This document shows positions 11,377 to 21,994 of a stretch of DNA of 64,000 nucleotides, piece after piece (the stretch's first letter is position 1; each line of letters starts with the position of its first letter). A model generated the notes under the pieces. That model was not told the DNA's origin and searched no databases. It was given only the letters and a program-made list of their open reading frames with translations. Source of the stretch: Eledone cirrhosa. Its lineage: Eukaryota. The stretch spans positions 359,104,001-359,168,000 of the forward strand of contig OZ024742.1 of the NCBI GenBank assembly GCA_964016885.1. Direction: 5' to 3'. The position numbers and the translations under genes are program-made.

Positions 11377-14300
11377 ATGACCTCACTCAGAATAGGCAGC
11401 ATAAATGCGCGTGGTTTGGGGTCGTCATGGAAGCAGGGCCACCTGCTCAACGACCTCAGGTCACTAAACATAGATGTAGTGGCCATCAGCGAGACCAGAA
11501 TCTCCGAAGCACAGGCTTTCGCACCGATCTTCGGCAGCTACGATGTGTACGCATCTCCCAGCCGTCCGGGATCGGGGGGAGGAGTTGCTGTGCTTTTTCG
11601 GAGAGGTTTGGATCTTGCCATACGGGACAGCTTCCTGGACCCAGAAGGTAAGTTGGTGGTGCTGGACGTGACCAGCGGAGACGGGCAAGCTTTCAGGTTA
11701 GTGGCCGTCTATGCCCCGACAGGAGCAGGGCGGCCTGATTTCTTCCGGCGTCTGGAGACCTTTCTTGGAACGTCCCGCTCTTTAGTGTTAGTGGGCGACT
11801 GGAACGGGATCTTAGATGCACGCTGGGATTGTGTGGGATTAGTGGATAGGGAAGGAGGGTGCAAGAGTCTCACCAACCTGCTCAGACGTATTGAACTGTC
11901 TGACAGGTACCGAATGGATTTCCAGAATGTACCAATGTGGACTTGGACAAATCGCATAGGGTCATCCAGATCATATCTAGATAGAGTATTTTGTAGGGAA
12001 ATAGATAGGTCTAGCATAGGCTGTCCACAATTCAAGATAGTCAGCTACACGGACCACAAATTCGTGATCTGTGTGCTTGACTTAGATAGGCTTCATAGGC
12101 GAGGACCCGGCTACTGGAAGCTAAACGCGTCCTTACCAGCGCGCAAGGCCTACAGAGACCGGATTAGCGAACTAGTTAAGCGGGCGTTGACGGGGGCCAT
12201 CGTCAACAACAAGTGGTGGTTTGCTCTGAAAAGAGCAATTAGAATAGAGTCCATTAGGTTTAGTAAGACTTTAGCAATAGAGAAAAATAGAGCAGAGGGA
12301 GAACTAGTTAGAAAATTAGATGAGGCGCTTAGCAAAGGAATCGCGACCGACGTACTTGCGGCGAAATTGGCCCTTGACCAATTCTTCAATGCAAAGCACG
12401 AAGACTGCGTTGTCAGAGCTAGGGTGCGTGCTCTCAGACACGAGGGGACGAAAGCCGTTCAATGGGCCCGAGTGGCGGAGGCGCGTCGTGGCAACAAAGC
12501 CACGATCCGGTCTTTGGTGGACCACGACGGGCGCATGCTACTCGATCCCAGGCAAATGCGTGAAGCTTTTCAGCGACACTTCGCTCAACTGTTCGGGGGC
12601 AGTGGCGGGCCGGATCGAGGGATGGACTTTAGTGTCTACCTCGACGGACTGCCGCGGCTTTCGGCCACTGAGGCGGAGTGTTGCGAAAAGCCGATAACAA
12701 CTGCTGAAGTACGGGATGCAATGACTAGTTGCACAAGGGGTAAATCGCCTGGTTTGGATGGTCTGCCCTATGAACTTTACGTACAAATGCCAAACTTGTT
12801 CGGAGGCCTCTTGGCGGACGTCTACTACAACTGGCAACAGAACGGGAGAATTCCCAGCTCTGTGAGCCGAGGAGCGGTGGCGCTGCTGAGAAAGGATCCG
12901 AACAAGGGGGATAACATAGATAATTTTAGGCCCATAACTCTGCTAAACACAGAGTTCAAGATTTTGGCCAAGGTGCTAGCAAAGAGGTTGGCGCTTGTCG
13001 TTGGTGGTCTGGTGGGAGAGGCACAGACATGCGCCATTCCCGACAGATCCATCCACGACAACCTCCACCTCATGCGATACATCGTAGAGAGGGTAGCTAG
13101 GGAACCTGGCACGAGTGGGTCTTTGATCAATTTAGATCGGTCGAAAGCCTTCGATAGGGTCGACCATCGTTACCTAGAGGCAGTCCTGAGGGCGGCTGGC
13201 TTTGGGCCCGTCTTCAGAGGCTGGATCGCTGCCATGCACAGCAACATCTGCTCTGTAGTGAGAGTGAACGGTCACCTTTCGGAACCGTTCAACATCATGC
13301 GCTCGGTCCGCCAAGGATGTCCCCTCTCGTCCCTATTGTACGTATTGACTCTCGAGCCATTACTGCACAAACTGGAGACGTTGAGGGGGATCCCGCGCGA
13401 ACTAGAATGCGGAAGATCCGTGTCAGCATATGCGGACGATGTCACCGTAGTGGTGTCGAACGCCAAACACATCGAGGCGATCGGCACTACACTAAGAGAA
13501 TACGAAGCGGTGACAGGAGCAATGATCAACCAGGAAAAGTCAGTGGGCCTGCAGCTCGCCACCTGGAGAGGTAGGTCCATGCCGTCCAACAGCGTCGTCG
13601 GGCGCTGGACAGACGGACCGGTTAAATTGCTAGGGGTCTGGTTCGGTCCAGACCTCCAGACGGACAAAAACTGGGACGAGGTGACGAGCAGGGTGGCTTC
13701 TCTCACCCAGAAATGGGCGGAGAGGAAGCTATCCCTGAAAGGTCGAGCGGAGGTGGCTAACGCGTACATCGCGTCCGTCATCTACTACCGCCTGACCGTC
13801 GTACCCTGTCCTAAGCCCCGCCTGACTGCGCTGGAGCGTTTGTTCTTTCGCTTCTTGTGGAAGGGACGCGCTCCGATGGTCAGGCGGTCCATCTGCTGTC
13901 AACACCCGCTACGTGGAGGGCTGGGCATGCCGTGGCTGATGATGCGCAGACACGCGCTCAGTCTACGACATCTCCACCTCTTCCTCGACGGTGATCAGGT
14001 GTGGTCGCCGTTTGCTAGACACGTTTTTCCCCAGCTCGTCTCCTTGACGGAGCTGCAGTCCTGGGTCAAGCGAAGACCGAGAGGGAGCGCTTGGAGACTG
14101 GAATGTCTTCAGGCGCTCACAGCCCTCGACCAATCGGGCAATGTGATCGATGGAAACTCCACCTTGGCGTTCTATAGGGGATTAGTGGAGGGGAAGAGCG
14201 ACGACGTACGTCGACGAAAATCAACTAGCCAATCTCTTCGGAAGGACTTTCGGGCCGGGGCCTATGGACAACTTCCAGAAATCCCTGGCCTGGCAGTGCT

Positions 14301-14779
14301 ACCGGGGTGCTTTGCCAGTTCGGGATAAACTTTACAGGCATGGAGGTGCCGTCAGCCGGGCATATCCGAGATGCGCACAGGGCAACGAAACCGTCCTGCA
14401 CGCACTCGTCCAGTGTCCGAGCATTGCTGACTTGTGGGTTTATGTCGAACACCTGCTGTCACGTGTAGGACGGATCCAGCTATCAGCTGAGTCCATCGTG
14501 AGGATTGCCCCGCCCTCTTCCTTTAGCCGGAAAGGGCAGGCAGTTTTTATCTGTCTGGTGGCCATGGCGAAAGAGATAGTATGGTGGTAACGTTTGAAAG
14601 GGCTGAAGACGAGCACTTACCTCTTCGGTGATGCCCTGATTAACTTTTTCAAATTTCATCTGAAAAGGAAAATCAGGGTAGAGAGGGAAGTGCTCTCTTC
14701 CCAGCATTTTGTTGAAAGATGTGTGAGAGAAGCAAGTATGGCCCGAATGAATGGGCCTTCTCTGAGTATGTGTCTGTAA
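11377..14779 (+). pseudogene. T2 ORF2: apurinic-like endonuclease, reverse transcriptase and zinc finger
   Basis: The 983-aa open stretch has APE motifs (GSINARGL, ISETR, VYAP, GDWN, YLDRVF, TDHK) and RT motifs (PGLDG, FRPITLLN, KAFDRVDH, RQGCPLS, YADD). Frameshift near 14210 and stop at 14590. Confidence 0.92.
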
Positions 14780-15022
14780 ATTAAATGTGGAAAACTGGGA
14801 GAGGGCACTTGCCCTGGTGGTCAGGGCCACTGTGGTCTTTTAATGGGCTTTCTCCACAAATGTCCCTCGGAAGTCTCCCCCCTATTGGGGAATTTTTCTT
14901 TGTTATTTTATTTCAACCTCTCTTTTTTTTACACGCAGAAATGTCCATTTGTACTGTCCTGTATTGTCCTGTACTGTCCTTAATGTCTACTTTATGTAAA
15001 CCCTTGTGGTTAATAAAGAAAA

Positions 15023-15062
<40 letters not shown>

Positions 15063-15069
15063 GTTGTTG
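15023..15069. repeat. (TTA)n spacer ending in TTG variants
   Basis: ATT repeats between T2 and T3. Confidence 0.95.
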
Positions 15070-18000
15070 GTGAAGCCACGCTTCTTCTCGCTTAGAATAT
15101 TTGGTAATTTAAATCTGGAACAATCTTTTTTTCCTTTGTAATATTTTCGTTTATATTTACCTCCGCTGGAACGCTGTCTTGTTGACATGCTGATAAAGTC
15201 TCCCTCTCTCTGTGTTGTCTGACAGCGCTCTCTCTCTTTTTCGTATTTGTGTAAAAATATTTTTTTCAACATGGATAACACAAGAAAGAGAGAGAGCGCT
15301 GTCAGACAACACAGAGAGAGGGAGACTTTATCAGCATGTCAACAAGACAGCGTTCCAGCGGAGGTAAATATAAACGAAAATATTACAAAGGAAAAAAAGA
15401 TTGTTCCAGATTTAAAATTACCAAATATTTCTAACACAAACAAAACCAACAATAACACCAACAACATCACCAACAACAACACCAAAAGTAACAGCGGTAA
15501 AGTCGAGAACGACAATAACAAAAAGTAACAGCGATAAGGTCGAGAACGACAATAACAAAAATAACAGCGGTAAGGTCGAGAACGACAATAACAATGACAA
15601 TAACAACAGCCACAACAACAATAATAGTAGGAACAGTATCAACGAAAACAACACCAACAACTGTACCAGCGAAAAGAAAAACAATGACACCGATACCTGT
15701 AATAGCGACCTCAGCACCACCAGTAAGACCAGTAGCGGCAGCAATAGTGGTGCTGCTGAAAAAGGGACCACTTCTTTTGCAGGTGTCGCCCGAAATATCG
15801 AGACAGTGTTAGTCACAGAGGGGGAGATGGCAGTCGCAAGGGCCATGATGATAAGAAGCGCAAATAGAGTTTCCCTGAAACCTCCACCCGATTTTTTCAA
15901 GGACCAGCAGCTACGGATGGTGACTTACCGCACCGTAAGCAAAATCTCACATCGAGTGGAGAGAGCCACAGAGGCTCAAATCCAAAAGGCCTTGGGGTGC
16001 GTCTGGGCACGCAAAACCCACATCACCTGAGGAAGAAAGTACGCCACAGTAGACGTACTTTTCGCCAACCCCCAGGAAGCAAAGTCTCACCCTTTGGAAA
16101 CCCTAAAGAGTGAGGAGTTAGTCTTGGTGCCCTCCTACTGAGTGCAGAAAATTGTGAGGGTCAAAGTGACCCAGGCCCCACCCGACGTGCCCATACGTTG
16201 GCTGGCCGCGTTTGTCCTTGCTGGAATTGAGAACAGGGCGATCATGCTGCAAGTAGAAAAAATAGGGAGAGAGAACTGCTCAGGTGTAGGCATGCAAATG
16301 CTTATACAAACTGACCAGGAATGTATCGAGACTATCCCCGATATCATAGACTTCGAGGAAGGACTCCAACTCCCTATAAGTGTAGAAGGAAGACGGCCAA
16401 AATATTATCTCTGTGGGTCGAAAGGTCACCTCAGGGTTTTTGCCCGCAGAAGACACCAAAGAGGGCCCCTCTCCTTCCAATACCCGGTCCGCTGCTACCA
16501 AGAGCAGGACACGCAACAAACGAAGAAGCCCCTTCCACGGTGAGTAGGAGGGCAACGTCCGTAGCACCCGTACCAAGGCCACGGATAACTAAAGCAGCAT
16601 CATCAGTGGCGGCAACACCAATAGCTACATTTGAAATAGCCACACCAGCAACAAAATTGCCGAAGAGGGCTCCACTACCACCACCAACAGCCGTGGAGCA
16701 CATACCCCTCCCAGAAGCCACAGAATCCGACATGGAGTTTGAGGCGGGAGTAACGTGGGAAACAGTCTGCCACAAAAAACAAAAAACAAAAAAAAACCTT
16801 AGATTCACCCTCCAAAAGCGAAGGCATACAAAGAGGGGTAAAGGCAGCAAGGAAACTTGCAGCAACACCACCACAAACACCAACAACGCAAACACAACAA
16901 GACACACACACACCAAACAGCAACAAGAAGAAAACGGCAACAAAATCACCCCCAAAAAGTACACAGCCATAAACATAGCAAAAAAAGAACTCATAAAATA
17001 TATAAAGCAGCACACAGACATCACGGAAAAAAACTACTACACCCCACCAACACCAAGAACTCTCCCGACAAACATAAGCATCATCGAAATCTCAAAGTAC
17101 AAACCTTTAAAACAAAAATTCCCCAACGCAGTTGGAGACTTCGGAGGGACGGTTACCAAGAGGATATACACTGACATCCTCTTGGAAACACCCATGACCA
17201 GCGAAAGGGACGGTTCTACACTCCCTTCACCACACGAACAAGGTAAGTGACCCTTTCTCATTTGCCCCGTTTCTCATCCAACATGGCTGTACTCAGAAGA
17301 GGCAGTATAAATGCACGTGGCCTGGGGTCACCTTGGAAGCAGAGTCACCTGCTCAATGACCTCAGGTCACTAAACATAGATGTGGTGGCCAACAGTGAAA
17401 CCAGAATCTCCGAGGCACGGGCCTTAGCACCGATCTTCGGCGGCTACGATGTATACGCATCTCCCAGCCGTTCAGGATCGGGGGAGGAGTTGCCGTCCTT
17501 TTTCGGAGAGGCTTGGATCTCGCGATACGGGCCATCTTCCTGGACCCAGAAGGTAAGTCGGTGGTGCTGGACGTGACCGGCAGCGAAGGCAATACTTTCA
17601 GGCTAGTAGCCGTCTACGCACCAACAGGGGCAGGACGGCCAGATTTCTTCAGACGTCTAGAGACCTTTCTTAGAACGTCCCGCTCTTTAGTGTTAGTGGG
17701 CGACTGGAACAGTATCTTGGATGCACGCTGGGATCGTGTGGGGCTAGTGGATAGGGGAGGAGGGTACAAGAGCCTCACCAACCTGCTCAGACGTTTTAAC
17801 TGTCTGACAGGTATCGACTGGATCACCCGAATGTGCCAATGTGGACATGGACAAACCGCATCGGGTCATCCAGATCGTATCTAGATAGGGTATTCTGCAG
17901 GGAACTAGATAAGGCTAGTATAAGTTGTCCACAATTTAAAATAGTCGACTACACAGACCACAAATTTGTGATCTGTGAGATCGACATAGACAGACTTCAT

Positions 18001-20950
18001 AGACAAGAGCCTGGTTACTGGAAGCTGAACGCGTTTTTCCCGGCGCGCAAGGCCTACAGAGACCGGATTAGCGTATTAGTTAAGCGGGCGTTGACAACAG
18101 GTGGTGGTTCGCCCTGAAAAGGGCAATTAAAGTAGAGTCGATTAGGTTTAGCAAAGGAGTAGTGATAGAGGAAAATAGAGTAGAGGGAGAGCTAGTCAGA
18201 AAGCTAGAAGAGGCGTTTAGGACTTGCATCGCAACCGACATGCTTGCGGCGAGATTGGCACTCGACCAATTCTTCAACGCAAAACACGAAGGCTGCGTTA
18301 TCAGAGCTAGAGCGCGTGCTCTGAAACACTTGGGGACAAAAGCCGTCCAATGGGCCCGGGTGGCAGAGGGGCGACGTGGCAACAAAGCCACAATTCGGTC
18401 TTTGCCTGACCAAAACGGGTGCGTGATGCTCGAACCCGAGCCGATGTGTGAAGGTTTTCAGCAGCACTTTGTTGAACTGTTCGGGAACGGCGGCGGCCCG
18501 GATCGGGGCATGGACTTCAGTGCATACCTCGACGGACAGTCTCGGCTCTCAACGACCGCAGCACAGTGTTGCGAAAAACCAATAACAGCCGGTGAAATAC
18601 TGGAAGCGATGGCTAACTGCACAAGAGGTAAATCGCCAGGTTTAGATGGTGTGCCCTACGAGCTTCATGTATTTATGCCAGACTTGTTCGGTGACCTCTT
18701 GGCAGACGTCTACTGCAACTGGCAGCAGAACGGGAGCATTCCCAGTTTTGTGAAACGGGAGCAGTGGCGCTGCTGAGAAAAGACCCGAACAAGGGGGATG
18801 TTATTGATAATTTCAGGTCCATAACCCTGCTAAACGCAGAGTTCAAGATTTTGGCCAAGGTGTTAGCAACGTGGTTGGCGCTTGTCGCCAAGGGTCTGGT
18901 GGGAGAGGCGCATACATGCGCCATTCCGGACAGATCCATACAAGACAACCGCCACCTCATGCCATACATCATAGAGAGGGTGGGGCTCTGATCAACTTGA
19001 ATCAATCCAAAGCATTCGATAGGGTCGACCATCGGTACCTTCGGCGGTCTTCGAGGCAGCCGGTTTCGGGCCCGTTTTCAGGCGTTGGATCGCAGAAATG
19101 TGCAGCGACATCTGCTCAGTTGTGAGGGTGAACGGTCACCTGTCGCAGCCGTTCAGCATCATGCGCTCAGTCCGCCAGGGTTGTCCCCTCTCGTCCCTCT
19201 TGTACGTATTGGCTCTCGAGCCGTTACTGCACAAATTGGGGGCGATGAGGGGCGTCCCACGCGAACTAGGATGCGGGAAATCCGAGTCGATTTACGCTGA
19301 CGACGTCACCGTGGTGGTGTCGAGCACCAGACACGTCCAGATTGCGGCACCGCTGTCAAGGAATACGAAGCGGTGACAGGAGCAAAGATAAACCAAGAAA
19401 AGTCGGTGGGATTGCAGCTAGGCACCTGGAGAGGCAAGTCCATGCCGTCCGACAGCGTCATGGGGCGTTGGACGGACGGACCGGTTAAATTGCTCAGGGT
19501 CTGGTTCGGACCGGACCTCCAGATGGAGAAAAACTGGAACGAGGTAACGAGCAGGGTGGCCTCCCTCACCCAGAAATGGGCTGAGAGGAAGCTGTCCCTG
19601 AAAGGCCGGGCGGAAGTGGCGAATGCGTACATCGCATCCGTCATCTGCTACCGCCTCACCGTCGTCCCTTGCTCCAGTCCAAGTCTCACCAAAATGGAGC
19701 GCCTCCTCTTCCGCTTTTTGTGGAAGGGACGTGCTCCGATGATCAGACGATCCATTTGCTGTCAACACCCGTTGCGTGGAGGAATGGGCATGCCATGGCT
19801 GATGATGCGCAAATATGCGCTGAGGCTGCGGCATCTCTGGTGTTTCCTTGATGGTGAACGGGTGTGGTCGCCGTTCGCCAGGCACATTTTCCCACAGCTC
19901 GTCTCCTTGACGGATCTGCAGTCCTGGGTCAGAAAAAGACCGAGGGATAGCGCTTGGAAACTGGAATGTCTCCAAGCGCTCACTGCCCTCTCCAAGTTGG
20001 GCACCAGTATCGGTGGAACATCCACCTCGGCGTTCTATAGAGGACTAGTAGAGGGGAAGAGCGACGACATTCTCGGAGAGATCCTGGGCGTCGAAGAAGA
20101 TCAGCTGTTTGCTCCCTTCCGGAGAACTTTCAACCCGGGGCGTATGGATAACTTCCAAAAATGCCTGGCCTGGCAGTGCTACCGGGGAGCGCTGCTGGTT
20201 CGAGATAAGCTCTACAGGCACGGAAGTGCCGTCAGCCGAGCCTGTCCGAGATGCGCGCATAGCGACGAAACCGTTGTGCACGCACTCGTTCAGTGCCCGA
20301 GCATTGCTGACTTGTGGAGCTATGTCGAACAGTTGTTGTCGCGTGTGGGACTGATCCGGTTGTCGACTGAGTCCATTGTGCAGATGGTCTCGCCGTCTTC
20401 CTTCGAGGAGGAAGGGCAGGCGGTTTTCATCTGCCTCGTGGCCATGGCGAAATAGATCGTGTGGTGGACAAGGTTAAAAGGATTAAAGACAAACACTTTC
20501 CTCTTCGGCGAATCCCTAATTAACTTTTTCAAGTTTCACTTGAAGAGGAAAATCAGGGTGGAGAGGCAAGTGCTGCCTTCTAGCAAGTTTGTTGAAAGGT
20601 GGGTGAATGTAGCGAGAATGGTCCGAGTGAACGGGACCACTCTGAATATACGTCTGTAGTTTGAGAGATGGAAAAATTGAGAGAGGGCGCTTGCCCTGGT
20701 AGTCAGGGTGGCCGTGGTCTTTTGTGTGGTTTTCGCCATGAGAAACCCTCGGAGGTTTCCCCCCCTATTGGGGAATTTTCCATTGTTTCAATTTTCATTT
20801 TATTGTTTATATATATATATGTTTTATGTCTTTTTTTCTTTTCTTATATAAATAATAAAAATATTTACACGCACAAAACCCACATCGTACCGTCCTGTTC
20901 CGTCTGTGATGTTTTTCTTGATGTCAGCCCTTGTGGCCAAAAAAGAAATC
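15070..20950 (+). mobile_element. Tx1/L1-clade LINE, full-length but more decayed copy T3 (different subfamily)
   Basis: ORF1 remnants at 15271-17250. ORF2 remnants at 17284-20659 (GSINARGL, GDWN, TDHK, PGLDG, RQGCPLS, YADD, CPRC...HALVQC) with many frameshifts. Confidence 0.9.
15092..15434. repeat. Near-perfect inverted repeat with ~150-bp arms and ~45-bp spacer at the T3 5' end
   Basis: 15092-15239 is the reverse complement of 15285-15434. Confidence 0.93.
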
Positions 20951-20974
20951 ATTATTATTATTATTATTATTATA

Positions 20975-21005
<31 letters not shown>

Positions 21006-21006
<1 letters not shown>

Positions 21007-21920
21007 AGCTGCATTTATCTTGATTTATGTTCATACGAGTTATCACCAAGTCACAACCAGTGACCTCAAGAGACAACAAGGTCCGCCATGTTCAAGAAAG
21101 AACATACATACTCACACATGCATATTTAGGTGTTTAGACTTGTGATGTACTTATATTGACAGAATCTTCCTTAGTATATGGGCAGTTCCCATTAGTACTA
21201 TCTTTTGTATTTCTCCTATACGCGGGTTTCCTGGGATTTGCGATAATTAATCATTAGACCCCTTAGGTATCATTCCTAGAGCGCCTACAACCACTGGTAT
21301 TGTTTTAGTTCTCAATTTCCACATTTTTCCAATTTCTATCTCCAGGTCCTTATACTTGCTCAATTTTTCAAATGTTTTTATAGATACATTCTTGTCTATT
21401 GGAACGGACATATCAATTAGCAGGCATACCCTCTTTTTAAAGTCCTTCAATATTATATCAGGTCTATTTGCATCTATTTTTCGGTCTGTTTGGATGCTGA
21501 AGGGCCACAAGATTGAGATGTGATCTTTTTCAAGTATGGGAGGTGGTTGATGCTCCCACCAATTCTTTTTATGGGGCAGATCAAAATGCTTACACATTAT
21601 CCAATGTATGTATTGTGCAGCTCTGTCATGCCTGTTTAGGTATTCGGTTGGAGCTATAGGACTGCACATTGAAATTATATGGTCAATGGAACTGGTTGTT
21701 TATTGCATACACGGCATAATGGGCTGCATCCATTTTTTATTATGTTGGCTTGGTAATTTTTGGTTGGCAGACACTGATCTTGTGCTGATATAATCAGTCC
21801 TTCAGTCTCCGATTTCAGTCCAGAGGATGCCAACCACTGATGGGTTAAAGTTTTGTCAACATCAGAATTGTTAGCTCGTTCTGGGTATTTTCCATACAGA
21901 GGCTTTTCTTGCCATTTCTT
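21006..21920 (-). mobile_element. Family B RLE element, 5'-truncated copy B2
   Basis: RLE domain ORF 21247..21669 plus the family B 3' UTR. Preceded by (ATT)n at 20951-21005. Confidence 0.9.
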
Positions 21921-21994
21921 CTTCTTCTTCTTCTTCTTTTTCTTCTTCTTCTTCTTATTATTATTATTATTATTAATATTATTATTATTATTAT
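21918..21994. repeat. Compound (CTT)n-(TTA)n microsatellite
   Basis: About 13 CTT units continue directly from the element end CATTTCTT, followed by TTA units. Confidence 0.9.

Larger units (their letters stand above)
9140..15022 (+). mobile_element. Tx1/L1-clade LINE, apparently full-length copy T2 (about 5.9 kb)
   Basis: 5' UTR, ORF1, ORF2 (APE-RT-Zn finger) and a 3' UTR with AATAAA at 15012-15017. (ATT)n on both sides. Confidence 0.92.

Noticed and set aside
5087-20532. Antisense and alternate-frame ORFs overlapping Tx1 ORF2
   Set aside because: These are shadow ORFs expected from GC-rich coding sequence, and their recurrence merely reflects homology among T1-T3.
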